From an uncultured Chloroflexia bacterium (GTDB taxonomy: Bacteria > Chloroflexota > Limnocylindria > Limnocylindrales > CSP1-4), in contig CAVPPB010000002.1 of assembly GCA_963707215.1 (NCBI GenBank), forward strand, positions 64,001 through 128,000: a DNA stretch of 64,000 nucleotides, given 5' to 3'. Under the pieces are notes generated by a model, which was not told the DNA's origin, did no database searches, and saw nothing but the letters and a program-made list of their open reading frames with translations. Made by a program: the position numbers and the translations under genes. Positions within the stretch are counted from its first letter, which is position 1. Each line of letters starts with the position of its first letter. Shown here one piece after another: positions 11,015-21,786 of this stretch.

Positions 11015-12736
11015 TCAGGAGCCCAGGCGGAGGACGACGGTGGAGCGGGCCGGCAGCTCGGCGAGGGGCACCCAGCCCTCGACCCCGCCGGTCAGGGTCA
11101 GCACCGGGGGCGTGGCCTGGGTCGGCGCGGCGCCGGCGTCCCAGCCGTCGGCGAAGATCACGTCCGGCGTGCCCGGGCCGCACGGCAGGCCGCTGTCGAG
11201 GCTCAGGCCGACGTCGGCCACGGGCGCCCCGGAGAGGTTCACCATGACCAGGAGCGTCTCCGTGGGCGTGGAACGGATGACCGCGCTCACGGCCGACGAT
11301 GACGTCTGGAGCGGGATCGTCGAGCCGACCCGGAGTGCCGCCTCCTCGTTCCGGAGGCCGATCAAGGCCCGGTAGTGGGCGAGCAGCGAGGCGGCGTCGT
11401 CCACCTGGGCTGCCACGCTCGTCTCCGGTGGGTCGTCGCCGAAGGCCTGCCACGGCTCCCCCGAGGTGAAGCCGTTGCCTGGCTCTCCCGGATCCCAGGG
11501 CATCGGCGTCCGGATCCGCTCGTCGGGCTTGCGGCCCGTCAGCCCGATCTCCTCTCCGTAGTAGACGAACGGGACGCCCGGGTCGGTCAGCAGCAGCGAG
11601 GCCGCCACCCGCAGCGCCCCCGGGTCGCTGCGGAGCTCGCTGGCGACCCGGTTCTGATCGTGATTCGTCAGGAAGGCCGCATACGTGCCGGGCGGGTAGA
11701 GGTCGAGGAGCTGCTCGCGGAGGGCCGCGATCGGGGCGGTGTCCTCCAGGTCGGCCGCCCGGACCATCGCGTCAGCCAACTCGAACTCGAAGGCTACGTC
11801 GACGGCGCCCTCGGTGACGTAGCGGGCCGCCGTGACCGAGGCATCCCAGATCTCGCCGACGAGGAACGCGTCAGGGGAGGCCGACTTGACCGTGGTCCGG
11901 AAGTCACGGGCCCAGGCGAAGGTCGCCGGCGTGTTCTCCTGTTCGGGTCCCTCCTCGACGTAGTGCTTGACGGCGTCGAGGCGATAGCCGTCCACGCCGG
12001 CCGCCAGCCACGACCCGGCGATCGCCTCCAGCTCGGCGGTGATGTCAGGCTGGGTGAGCGCAAGGTCCGGCATCCCCTCCCAGAACAGGCCGTAGTAGAA
12101 CCGACCATCGAGGGGGTGCCAGACCGGCTGCCCTGCCGGCCCGGCCCAGCCCGGCTGCTCGTCGGCCCAGACGTACCAGTCGGCCCGGTCGGACGTCGGA
12201 TCGCGGGACGCCGGAACCAGGGGTGCTCGGTCGAGGTGTGGTTGAGGACCAGGTCGACGATGACCGCGATCCCGCGCTCGTGGGCGGCGCGACGAGCGCG
12301 AGGAGGTCCTCCGTGGAGCCGTAGTCACGCTCGATCGCCCCGTAGTCGACCGTGTCGTAGCCGTGGTAGCTGGCGGCCTCGAAGACCGGCATCAGCCAGA
12401 TCCCCGTCACGCCGAGGTCGGTCGGTCGTCGCCGGGTCGCCGTCGTTCAGGTAATCGAGCCGGTCGATCAGGCCGCGCAGGTCGCCGATACCGTCGCCGT
12501 CGGAGTCCTGGAAGCTTCGGACGAAGATCTCGTAGAAGACCCGGTCGTTCCACCAGCCCAGCTCGGGGGTCGGCTGCGGGGCGATGCAGGCGGCGGGAAT
12601 CGCCGGACGATGAGGGCGTCGCCGACGCGGCCGACGACGGCGTCGACGGCTGGGCCTCCGTCGACGGGGCAGCCGAGCCGCAGCCGACGAGGACCAGCGC
12701 CAGGACGAGCAGGCCGGCGCGGCGGAATGGTCGCAT
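11015..12736 (-). CDS. GH13 alpha-amylase lipoprotein, frameshifted in this sequence
   Basis: Lipobox LVGC; [57 protein letters not shown] and FLTNHDQ are spread over several frames; indels at about 12220-12610. Confidence 0.85.
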
Positions 12737-12783
12737 CCGCGGAGCGTACCGCGGGCGCGCCGGGCTCGCCCTACACTCGACCG

Positions 12784-14312
12784 ATGCCGATCGACACGCC
12801 GGCCTGGGTCCGTGACGCGGTCTTCTACCAGATCTTCCCGGACCGCTTCGCGGCCAGCGCGCGGGTCCCCAAGCCCGGCCCCCTCGAGCCGTGGGACGCA
12901 GCACCGACGCGGCACGGCTTCAAGGGCGGTGACCTCCTGGGGATCGTCGAGCGGCTGCCCTACCTGGAGTCGATCGGCGTCACCGCTCTCTACCTGACCC
13001 CGATCTTCGCCTCGGCCTCGAACCACCGCTATCACACCTACGACTACCTCCATGTCGATCCGCTCCTCGGTGGCGATGCGGCGCTGCGGGAGCTGCTCGA
13101 CGCGTCGCACGACCGAGGGATGCGGGTCGTCCTCGACGGTGTCTTCAACCACACTGGCCGTGGCTTCTGGCCCTTCCACCACGTCGTCGAGAACGGCCTT
13201 GACTCGCCGTATGCAGGCTGGTTCCACCTCGACCGCGACCGCCTCGCCGCGGGCCGTCCCCTGGACCCGTACCCGGCGGTCGTCCACGAGGTCCATGGCG
13301 GCGACGGCGGCTCCCTCACCCGCCTCGGCTACCGGGCCTGGTGGGACCTGCCGGCGCTGCCCAAGCTCGACACGAACGAACCCGCGGTCCGCGAGTATCC
13401 TGTTCGGGGTGGCCGAGCACTGGCTTCGCTTCGGCATCGACGGCTGGCGTCTCGACGTCCCGCACGGAGATCGACGACGGGGCGTTCTGGGCCGAGTTCC
13501 GCCGGCGCTGCCGGGCGATCCGAGGTGACGCCTACCTCGTCGGCGAGATCTGGCGCGAGGCTCCCGAGTGGCTCCAGGGCGACCGGTTCGACGCGGTCAT
13601 GGATTACCCGCTGGCGGAGGCGCTGCTGGGCTTCGCCAGCGGGCGCCACCTCGATCGCGCGGTCCTCGACTTCCACGAGGAGTACCGCGAGCGGGTCCGG
13701 CCGCTGACCGGGCCGGAGTTCGGGCAGGAGCTCGAGCGCATCCTCCAGCTCTACCCTCCCGAGGTCACGGCGGTCCAGCTCAACCTCATCGACAGCCACG
13801 ACACGCCGCGGTTCCTGACCTTCAGTGGGGGAGACCGGGCCGCCCTCCGCCTGGCCCTGCTCCTGCTCCTCACCCTGCCCGGGGTTCCGTGCATCTACTA
13901 CGGCGACGAGATCGGCCTGGAGGGCGGTCCGGACCCGGATTGCCGACGAGCGTTCCCCTGGGAGGAGGATCGCTGGGACCGCGAGCTCCTCGAGCTGACC
14001 GGCTCGCTCGCCCGCCTCAGGCACGCGGTGCCGGCGCTGCGGCACGGGACCACCCGGGTGGTCGGCGCCTCCGGCGGCGCGGTGGCCATCGAGCGGGCTC
14101 TCGACGGCGAGCGCCTGTTGATCCTCGCCAACGCCGCCGACGATCCAGTCGATCTCGGGGTCCACCTCGGGCAGCCGCACGGCGGACGACCCCTGGCAGT
14201 CGTCCCGGTGCCGGGCATGGAGTCGTCGTCGACACCCGGACGACTGTCGGCGGAGGGGGCGGCGACACTCGGCCTGCCCGGTCGCGCCGGCGCGATCGTC
14301 CGTCTCGCCTGA
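12784..14312 (+). CDS. GH13 neopullulanase/cyclomaltodextrinase, frameshifted
   Basis: [76 protein letters not shown]; single extra bases at about 13400 and 13462. Confidence 0.88.
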
Positions 14313-14327
14313 CGGGGCTATCCTTCG

Positions 14328-15035
14328 GTGCCCGTGGCCGATCATCCCCTGCTCCTCGACCCGACCGCTGCGACCCGGCTCGAGCCGCACCTCGATGCCG
14401 CCGGGAAGGTCGTCCGCGCGCTCGAGGCGCTGGGACCGGTCGCCGGTCGCGACGTCGTGCTCGTCGACGGCGGTGGCGGAAGGATGGCGGCCGCTCTGAT
14501 CGCCACCGGCGCACGCCTGACCGTGGTCGACCGGGCGGCGCCACGGTCGAGCGTCCCCGCGTCCGCCGTGTCGCCTGCTGCGGGTCGCGCCGGCGACGAC
14601 AGGGGCCCGGCTGCCCGGAGCGGCGAGCCCGCCGACCTCGGCCTGCCGTCGGCGTCGGCCGATGTCATCGTCGGCTGCTGGTCCGCCTATCGCGGCGTGG
14701 ACCCCGACGAGATGGCCGAGGCGGACCGGGTCCTTCGCCCGGAGGGCCGGATCCTGGTGCTCCACGACTACGGCCGCGACGATGTGTCGCGACTGGCCGA
14801 CCCGGACCTTCCCGAGTACGCGTCCTGGGGACGGCGCGACGGCCCCTTCCTGCTGGCCGGCTTCAGGGTCCGGGTCATCCACGCCTGGTGGACGTTCGAC
14901 TCGGTCGAGCAGGCCGGCGAGCTTCTGGCCGCATCGTTCGGGGAGCGCGGCGCCGCCCTGGCCGCCGAGCTGCGGCGACCCCGTCTCTCGTGGAACCTGG
15001 CCGTCTACCACCGCGACCGGACGGCGATCCCGTGA
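14328..15035 (+). CDS. class I SAM-methyltransferase-like protein
   Basis: VVLVDGGGG (degenerate motif I), LPSASADVIV, EADRVLRPEGRILV. Confidence 0.65.
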   Translation: MPVADHPLLLDPTAATRLEPHLDAAGKVVRALEALGPVAGRDVVLVDGGGGRMAAALIATGARLTVVDRAAPRSSVPASAVSPAAGRAGDDRGPAARSGEPADLGLPSASADVIVGCWSAYRGVDPDEMAEADRVLRPEGRILVLHDYGRDDVSRLADPDLPEYASWGRRDGPFLLAGFRVRVIHAWWTFDSVEQAGELLAASFGERGAALAAELRRPRLSWNLAVYHRDRTAIP

Positions 15036-15463
15036 CCACGCCCCCTCGGGACCCTCGTCCTCGCGGGGGCGACCGCTCCCAGGCCACGCCGCGGCGCTCC
15101 CAGGCCACGGCCGCCTCGCCGCCCGGGACGGCCCGCAGGCGCCGCCGTCGGATCTCGCCGCTGTGGTCGATCCTGGTCGTCGCCGTCGTCGGTTCGGTCG
15201 TCTTCAGCCTCTACGCCCTCACCATCCGTGACGAGGCACAGGTCCCGATGCTCGCCGCCGGCTCGCTCGTCGTCGCGATCTCCTTCGGCGCCGTAGCCGT
15301 GGCCGGAGCGTTCACGGCGTATCGCTCCGCCCGAGACGGGAGGAGCGGCACGGCCCTTGCCGCAGCCCTGCTCGGGGGCCTCGCGGCGCTGATCGCGGCC
15401 GGGTCGCTGGCCGTCGCCACGGTCCTGGCGCAGATCTGGGGCGGGACCGGCACGGTCAGCTGA
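15032..15463 (+). CDS. small membrane protein (3 TM)
   Basis: GTGA overlap with the upstream stop; Arg-rich N-terminus followed by three hydrophobic helices. Confidence 0.65.
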   Translation: MTTPPRDPRPRGGDRSQATPRRSQATAASPPGTARRRRRRISPLWSILVVAVVGSVVFSLYALTIRDEAQVPMLAAGSLVVAISFGAVAVAGAFTAYRSARDGRSGTALAAALLGGLAALIAAGSLAVATVLAQIWGGTGTVS

Positions 15464-15509
15464 CGCCTCCGAGTCCTGGCAGGGCGCCCTGCTACACTCG
15501 CCGCCCATG

Positions 15510-15586
15510 GCCCCCATCGTCTAGAGGCCTAGGACGCCACCCTTTCAAGGTGGAGATCAGGGGTTCGAATCCCCTTGGGGGCACCA
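15510..15586 (+). tRNA. tRNA-Glu (anticodon TTC)
   Basis: Acceptor stem GCCCCCA/TGGGGGC, anticodon arm CCACC-CTTTCAA-GGTGG, T-loop TTCGAAT, encoded CCA; TACACT at 15493-15498. Confidence 0.97.
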
Positions 15587-15671
15587 TCCCTCGGCCCGAC
15601 CCGACCCGAACTGGTCGGAGACCGGCGCCCGGGCACGCGCGCAAGGCGGCCCGCTGCTACCATCCGGGGCG

Positions 15672-16025
15672 ATGGAGATCATGGGGATCCGGATCCCGAC
15701 CATCATCCACGACAACGTCGCAAGCCGATGCGACGGCTGCGGCGAGGTCATCGTCGGCACCCCGTGGCGGGTCAGCCTGCTCGACGTCGTCGCCGCCGAG
15801 GCCCCGGCCAGCTGGTCCGAGCGGCCGGCCCTCAACCCGGGCCCGTTCCAGTTCCACGCCGACCCGTCGCACGTCCGGGCCTGGCTGAGGGAGCGCGACA
15901 TCCTCTTCTGTCGGCTCGGTCAGGTCCGCGAGATCATGCGCCCCGTGCTCATCCCCGGCGACACGCCGCGATGGGGCGTCTGCGACGGGCTGCATCGCGA
16001 CGCCCACGAGTTCATCCCGGCCTGA
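15672..16025 (+). CDS. small Cys/His-rich hypothetical protein, putative metal-binding
   Basis: CDGC, FHADPSH, FCR, CDGLHRDAH; TACCAT just upstream of the ATG. Confidence 0.75.
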   Translation: MEIMGIRIPTIIHDNVASRCDGCGEVIVGTPWRVSLLDVVAAEAPASWSERPALNPGPFQFHADPSHVRAWLRERDILFCRLGQVREIMRPVLIPGDTPRWGVCDGLHRDAHEFIPA

Positions 16026-16058
16026 GCCGGTCGGCCGCCCGCGGCCGAGGATCGAGCC

Positions 16059-17129
16059 TTGACCTTCGACGCCCTGCTGCCTGCCCTGACCGCCCTCGTC
16101 GCCTTCGTCCTGGCCGTCGCCCTGCTGGACCAGTGGCTCGAGCGGCGGCGCGCCTACCAGCTGGTCTGGGCGGCCGGGTCGGCCTTCTACGGCGTCGCCT
16201 CGGTCTGCTCGGCCATCGGCTACGCCGCCGGCTGGAGCGAGCCCGTCTTCCGGCTCTGGTACCTCACCGGAGCGCTCTGGACGGCAGCCTGGCTGGGCCT
16301 CGGGACCGCCTACCTCCTGGGGCGAACGAGGTTCGGCTACACCGTGGCCGCCACCCTCGTCATCGCCGGGATCGCGACGATCGGCTACCAGCGCCGGAAC
16401 GAGTTCGAGGGCGTCGGCTCGCTGCCGCTGCTTTACTTCATCGGGGCCGCGGTCCTGGCCCTCGCCGTGGCCGTGGAGACCTACTTCCAGAACGAGCGCT
16501 GGCCGCGGCTGGCCGCGGTGGCGGTGGGTGGGGCGACGGTCCTGTCGATCGTCCTCATGGCGACCTCCCCGCTCCTGGGGCCCGTCACGGCCGGCTCCGA
16601 CGGCCTGCCCGACCTGGCGGTCGTCCCGGGCTCCGTGCGGCTCCTCTCGCCGTTCCTCAACATCACCGGCGGTCTCACCCTTGCCTTCGGGGCCCTCTTC
16701 TCGGCGTACGTCTTCATGCCCAAACGACGGGTCCTCGACTACTCCCTCGACCCCACCCAGCCGGGCGACCAGTTCCTCTTCAACCTGGCGATCTCACCGG
16801 TCGCCATCCTGGTCAACCTCGTCGCCTCGCTGCCGGGCGCCGTCCGGGCGCTCTTCGCCGGACAGCTCAACAGCCGGGTCCCGGCGACCCTGCTGATCGC
16901 CGCCGGAGGCTTCCTGGCCAGCGGCGTCGACGCCTTCATCAAGCTCGGCTACACGGGGCTGTTCGAGCTCTCCAAGCTCGTCGCCCTGCTGCTGATCTTC
17001 GCCGGCTTCCTGGTCTCCATCGAGGTCTTCCGGGAGATCCGGATCCCCTTCACCGGGATCCGCTTCGCCACCGGACGGCGAGAGCACCCGGCCGCCCTCG
17101 TCGAGGAAGGGGCGCAGCCCCGGGGCTGA
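16059..17129 (+). CDS. polytopic membrane protein of unknown function
   Basis: 356 aa with about 10 hydrophobic segments and high GC3. Confidence 0.8.
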   Translation: MTFDALLPALTALVAFVLAVALLDQWLERRRAYQLVWAAGSAFYGVASVCSAIGYAAGWSEPVFRLWYLTGALWTAAWLGLGTAYLLGRTRFGYTVAATLVIAGIATIGYQRRNEFEGVGSLPLLYFIGAAVLALAVAVETYFQNERWPRLAAVAVGGATVLSIVLMATSPLLGPVTAGSDGLPDLAVVPGSVRLLSPFLNITGGLTLAFGALFSAYVFMPKRRVLDYSLDPTQPGDQFLFNLAISPVAILVNLVASLPGAVRALFAGQLNSRVPATLLIAAGGFLASGVDAFIKLGYTGLFELSKLVALLLIFAGFLVSIEVFREIRIPFTGIRFATGRREHPAALVEEGAQPRG

Positions 17130-17157
17130 GCCCCGAGGCCCGTCCCGCCGCGACCAC

Positions 17158-18147
17158 ATGTCACGCGACCGAGAGCTCCTGATCGGAACGGCCGCTGCCC
17201 TGGTGGCCGCCTCCTGCTTCGCGACGCTCGGACCGCTCTCGAGGTTCGCCGCCGAGGCGGGGCTCGGCGCCTTGGCCTTCGTCGCCTGGAGGGCGGCGGT
17301 CGGCGCCGTCGCGCTGTGGGCGGCCATCGTCGCGCGCGGCTCGGCGCCCGTGGCCACGGCCTCGTTCCGGTCGCTCGACCGCCGTGGACGCCTGTCGCTC
17401 GCGGTCGCCGTGGCGATGGGCTTCACCCTGAACCTGTCGATCTTCCTGGCCTTCGCCCGGATCCCGATCGCGATCGCCCTGATGCTCTTCTACACCTACC
17501 CGGTGATGGTCGCCCTGGTCGGGGTCCTCACCGGCCACGACCGCCTCGGTCCGGCCAAGCTCGCCGCCCTGGTCGCGGCCACGACGGGGGTGGGCCTGGT
17601 CCTGCTCGGGGGCCTGGACGTCGCTGGCGCGGAGCTGGACCCGGTCGGCGTCCTCCTGGGTCTCGGCGCCGCCGCCAGCCAGACCGTCTTCATCACCGTC
17701 AGCCGATCCGGCTACCGGGCCGTCCGATCCGACGCCGCGACCCTGGCGATCCTCCTGGGGTCCGCGGTCCTGGGGGCCATCCTGGCGGTCGCGTCCGGAC
17801 TGCTGCCCGAGCTGCTCGCGCCGCTCGGCGACGTCGAGCCCTGGCCGTTCATCCTGGTCGCGGGGGTCATCGGCGCCGGCTTCCCGTCGCTGCTGTTCCT
17901 GGGCTCCATTCGGCGGATCGGGGGGACCAGGACGGGGATCCTGATGCTCTGGGAGCCCGTCATGGGCGCGATCCTGGCTGCCGCCCTGCTGGCCGAGCCA
18001 CTCGGGCCGCTGCAGATCGTGGGAGGTGCTCTGGTGCTGCTGGCCGCGGCCATCCTTCAGCTGTCGGGGCGCGCGCCCGTGGCGGTCCCCCGGGCCACGG
18101 TCGAGGGTGGGACCGACGAGGGTCCATCCGAGGCCTCGATCGCCTGA
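17158..18147 (+). CDS. DMT/EamA-family transporter
   Basis: Two EamA-like repeats (FYTYPVMVAL; WEPVMGAILAAALLAEPL), about 10 TM. Confidence 0.88.
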   Translation: MSRDRELLIGTAAALVAASCFATLGPLSRFAAEAGLGALAFVAWRAAVGAVALWAAIVARGSAPVATASFRSLDRRGRLSLAVAVAMGFTLNLSIFLAFARIPIAIALMLFYTYPVMVALVGVLTGHDRLGPAKLAALVAATTGVGLVLLGGLDVAGAELDPVGVLLGLGAAASQTVFITVSRSGYRAVRSDAATLAILLGSAVLGAILAVASGLLPELLAPLGDVEPWPFILVAGVIGAGFPSLLFLGSIRRIGGTRTGILMLWEPVMGAILAAALLAEPLGPLQIVGGALVLLAAAILQLSGRAPVAVPRATVEGGTDEGPSEASIA

Positions 18148-18199
18148 GGCCGCCGAAGTTCGTCACGCCGCGGGGCCGTGCGGCGGCTATGCTGGCGGC

Positions 18200-18868
18200 G
18201 TGACCGAGCCCCGATCCTCGGACGACCGGATCCGCGTCCTGCTCGTCGATGACCATGGCGTGGTCCGGCGCGGGCTCCGGGGGTTCCTCGAGCTGCTCGA
18301 CGACATCGAGATCGTGGGGGAGGCGGAAGACGGCCGAGCGGCCGTCGAAGCCGCCGTGAGCCTGGAGCCCGACGTCATCCTGATGGACCTCGTCATGCCG
18401 CAGCTGGACGGCATCGGCGCGATCTCGGCTATCAAGGCCGAGCGACCCGGGATCGAGATCGTCGCTCTCACGAGCTTCATCGAAGAGTCGAAGGTCACGG
18501 CGGCCCTCGAGGCCGGGGCGGCCGGGTACTTGCTCAAGGATGCCGAGGCAGACGCCGTCGCTGCGGCCATCCGGGCCGCCCACGCCGGCGAGGTCCACCT
18601 CGACCCGGCGGTGGCCCGGCTGCTGGCCCAGCGGATGCGCGAGCGCCGCGACCGCGACGAGCCGGTCGAGCCGCTGACCGAGCGCGAGCGCGAGGTCCTG
18701 GCGCTCGTCGGGCGGGGCCTGGCGAACAAGGAGATCGCCTACGAGCTCGGGATCACCGAGCGGACGGCCCGGACACACGTCAGCAACATCCTCGGCAAGC
18801 TCGGCCTCCAGAGCCGCACCCAGGCCGCCCTCTGGGCCGTCGAGAAAGGGATCGTCGGCCCGTCGTAG
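18200..18868 (+). CDS. NarL/LuxR-family response regulator
   Basis: IRVLLVDDH, PDVILMDL, GYLLK, LTEREREVLALVGRGLANKEIA; no cognate kinase adjacent. Confidence 0.93.
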   Translation: MTEPRSSDDRIRVLLVDDHGVVRRGLRGFLELLDDIEIVGEAEDGRAAVEAAVSLEPDVILMDLVMPQLDGIGAISAIKAERPGIEIVALTSFIEESKVTAALEAGAAGYLLKDAEADAVAAAIRAAHAGEVHLDPAVARLLAQRMRERRDRDEPVEPLTEREREVLALVGRGLANKEIAYELGITERTARTHVSNILGKLGLQSRTQAALWAVEKGIVGPS

Positions 18869-19006
18869 GGTCATCCCGCGGAGTCGATGCAGCCGGCACC
18901 GTTCGCCCGGAGTGCCCCTGCGCCGGGCGGCCGAGATGGGCGCCGAGGGGGCGGATGGGCCCGCCCCGGTATACTCCTCGGGTCCCCAGACGCACCGCGA
19001 GGTCCG

Positions 19007-19885
19007 ATGCGCGTTCGAAAGGCCGTCCTCCCTGCCGCCGGCTGGGGGACCCGCTTCCTCCCCGCCACCAAGGCGCAGCCGAAGGAGATGCTGCCCCTGG
19101 TCGACAAGCCGGTCATCCAGTACGCGGTCGAGGAGGCCGTCGCTGCCGGCATCGACCAGATCATCATCGTGACCTCGAGCCAGAAGCGGGCGATCGAGGA
19201 CCACTTCGACCTCAACTACGAGCTCGAGCACCTGCTCGAGGAGCGGGGCGACGTCGACATGCTCCGCCGCATCCGCCACATCAGCGACCTCGCCCAGGTG
19301 GCCTACGTCCGCCAGAAGGAACAGCTGGGCCTTGGCCATGCGGTCCTCATGGCCAAGGAGCTCATCGGGCACGAGCCGTTCGCGGTGATCCTCTCCGACG
19401 ACGTCGTCGTTGGCGAGCGGCCCTGCATCGGCCAGCTCATCCACGCCTACCACCAGACCCACGGGTCGGTCGTGGCGACCATGCCGGTGCCGCACGAGGA
19501 GACCGGGCGGTACGGGATCATCGGCGTCGACGAGGGCGAGGAGGCCCGCGAGGGTGGGCGTCTCCGGCGCGTCGGTCGGCTCGTCGAGAAGCCCGACCCG
19601 GCCGACGCCCCGTCCGACCTGGCCATCATCGGCCGCTACGTCCTGACGCCGAAGATCTTCGACAAGCTCGAGCAGACGCAACGCGGGACCGGCGGCGAGA
19701 TCCAGCTGACCGACGCGATCGAGGCCCTCATGGAGGACCAGCACGTCTACGGCTACGAGTTCGAGGGCGTGCGATACGACGCCGGCACCACGATGGGCTG
19801 GCTCCAGGCCTCGGTCGAGCTCGCGCTCCAGCGTCCTGACCTGGCCGCCGACTTCCGAGCCTACCTGCGGGAGCTGCCCCTGTAG
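19007..19885 (+). CDS. galU: UTP-glucose-1-phosphate uridylyltransferase
   Basis: KAVLPAAGWGTRFLPATKAQPKEMLP, QKEQLGLGHA, VEKP, GEIQLTDA. Confidence 0.95.
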   Translation: MRVRKAVLPAAGWGTRFLPATKAQPKEMLPLVDKPVIQYAVEEAVAAGIDQIIIVTSSQKRAIEDHFDLNYELEHLLEERGDVDMLRRIRHISDLAQVAYVRQKEQLGLGHAVLMAKELIGHEPFAVILSDDVVVGERPCIGQLIHAYHQTHGSVVATMPVPHEETGRYGIIGVDEGEEAREGGRLRRVGRLVEKPDPADAPSDLAIIGRYVLTPKIFDKLEQTQRGTGGEIQLTDAIEALMEDQHVYGYEFEGVRYDAGTTMGWLQASVELALQRPDLAADFRAYLRELPL

Positions 19886-19980
19886 CGGGACGCCAGGGGC
19901 CATCAAGCGCCCCTGCGGTACGATGCGCGACGGTGCCGCCTCCGGCGGCCCCCCTGCGCCGACGTTGGAGGACGAGTCCG

Positions 19981-21717
19981 GTGGCCGATATCGGCACTAT
20001 GCTGGGCGGTCGTTACCGCCTCATGGAGCTGCTCGCCGAGGGCGGCATGGCCTCGGTCTTCCGTGCCCGCGACACCCAGCTGGAGCGGGACGTCGCGGTC
20101 AAGGTCCTGCGCCCCGAGTACGGGCGCGACCCCGACTTCCTGGCCCGTTTCCGCCACGAGGCCCAGGCCGCCGCCGGGCTGAACCATCCCGACGTCGTCG
20201 CGGTCTACGACTTCGGCCAGGACCCGGCCGGCCCGTACCTGGTCATGGAGCTGGTCCAGGGCCAGGACCTTTCGACGATCCTGCGCCAGAACGGAGCCCT
20301 GTCCGCGCGCCAGGCTGCCCGCATCACGGCTGCGACCGCCCGCGCCCTCCAGGCCGCCCACGATCGCGGCGTCGTCCACCGCGACGTGAAGCCGGGCAAC
20401 ATCATGGTCTCGAGCGATGGCCGGGTGAAGGTGACCGACTTCGGGATCGCCCGGGCCGTCGCCGAATCCCAGCTCACCCTCCCGGGCACGACGCTGGGAT
20501 CGGTCCACTACTTCAGCCCCGAGCAGGCCCGTGGCGAGGCGACATCGCCTTCCTCGGACGTCTACGCTCTCGGCATCGTCCTCTTCGAGATGCTCACTGG
20601 GCGGCGACCGTGGGAGGGCGACAGCGCCGCGGCGATCGCCGTCGCCCGACTTTCCGGGCCGGTCCCCACGCCGTCGGCCCATCGGTCGGGTATCCCACCG
20701 GCCGTGGAGGCGATCGACCGCAAGGCCCTCGCCCCCGAGCCTGGGGACCGTTTCTCCAGCGCGGCCGCGATGGCCGACGCCCTCGACGTCTTCCTCGCCG
20801 AGGGCGCCGGGCGCGATGACACGACCGGGGTCGTCGGGCTGGCCGCGGGTGCGGCCGCTGGCGCCGCGGCCGCCGGGGTCGTCTCCGGCGTCGCCTCACC
20901 GAGCCGTTCGTCCGGCATCCCCTACAGCCCCGACGCGTACGCTGGCGGGGACGCCGGCGGCGCCCCGCCGGCCGGTGGTGCCCAGTACCCGCCCGACGAC
21001 GGCCAGGACAAGGGCGGCACCAGCGCCTGGACCTGGATCGCGGGCCTGCTCGGTCTCGCCATCCTCGTCGTCATCGGCTTCCTGGCCATCCAGCTGCTGG
21101 GCGGCGGGGGCGGCCCGGGAGCCACGCCCGAGCCAGGGGAGGTCGAGGTCCCGTCGCTGATCGGGTTGTCCGTCGAGCAGGCCACGACCGTCGCGGGAGC
21201 TGTCGGCCTCGAGGTGCTGCCGGACTCGACCATCCAGAGCAGTGACCTGCCGGACGGGAGCGACCTCGAGGAGGGCGACATCGCCGAGCAGGATCCGGCG
21301 GCCGGGGAGATGGTCGCCGAGGGCACGTCGATCCGGCTCACGATCGTCGTGGGTCCGGGCGTCGTCGAGGTCCCCGACGTCCGCGCGCAACCGGAGGCCC
21401 AGGCGCTCAACACGCTGCGTGACGCCGATCTGACCATCGGCGCCCGCACCGAGGAGTTCGACGAGATCGTGCCCGTCGGGGCGATCGTCTCGACCGACCC
21501 GCGGGCCGGCATCCAGGTCGCAAAGCTCACGCCGATCGACTACGTCGTCTCGAAGGGCCCCGAGCCGAGCCCGAGTCCTTCGCCGAGTCCCAGTCCCACC
21601 CCGACCCCGACGCCGACCCCCACACCGACGCCGGCTCCGACGCCGACCCCCACGCCGGCCCCGACGCCGACCCCGCCGCCACCGAGCCCGAGCCCGAGCC
21701 CGGAGCCCAGCGCGTAG
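19981..21717 (+). CDS. Hanks-type Ser/Thr kinase with TM and two PASTA domains (PknB-like)
   Basis: GGMASV, VAVK, HRDVKPGN, DFG, SPEQ, SDVY; TM helix; VPSLIG and VPDVR PASTA starts; Pro/Ser/Thr tail. Confidence 0.93.
   Translation: MADIGTMLGGRYRLMELLAEGGMASVFRARDTQLERDVAVKVLRPEYGRDPDFLARFRHEAQAAAGLNHPDVVAVYDFGQDPAGPYLVMELVQGQDLSTILRQNGALSARQAARITAATARALQAAHDRGVVHRDVKPGNIMVSSDGRVKVTDFGIARAVAESQLTLPGTTLGSVHYFSPEQARGEATSPSSDVYALGIVLFEMLTGRRPWEGDSAAAIAVARLSGPVPTPSAHRSGIPPAVEAIDRKALAPEPGDRFSSAAAMADALDVFLAEGAGRDDTTGVVGLAAGAAAGAAAAGVVSGVASPSRSSGIPYSPDAYAGGDAGGAPPAGGAQYPPDDGQDKGGTSAWTWIAGLLGLAILVVIGFLAIQLLGGGGGPGATPEPGEVEVPSLIGLSVEQATTVAGAVGLEVLPDSTIQSSDLPDGSDLEEGDIAEQDPAAGEMVAEGTSIRLTIVVGPGVVEVPDVRAQPEAQALNTLRDADLTIGARTEEFDEIVPVGAIVSTDPRAGIQVAKLTPIDYVVSKGPEPSPSPSPSPSPTPTPTPTPTPTPAPTPTPTPAPTPTPPPPSPSPSPEPSA
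21560..21711 (+). repeat. PS/PT hexanucleotide-type coding repeats
   Basis: CCGAGC/CCGACG-like units encoding PSPSPSPTPTPT... at the kinase C-terminus. Confidence 0.8.
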
Positions 21718-21786
21718 CGTAGGCCCGGCGGCCTGGGGAGCGGAGCGGATGACCGCAGCGCGCGTCGACCCGGACGCTCGGGCGAC

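Noticed and set aside
12200-13470. Programmed frameshifting or true pseudogenes in the GH13 genes
   Set aside because: Several scattered indels per gene, no slippery heptamers and intact motifs fit consensus error better.
15510-15586. tRNA-Glu as an island attachment site
   Set aside because: No integrase and no direct repeat of the tRNA 3' end seen. The only match noticed is 11 bp on the opposite strand near 63811, which is expected by chance at this GC content.
21560-21711. Pro/Thr repeat as a separate element
   Set aside because: It is an ordinary in-frame low-complexity tail of the kinase.
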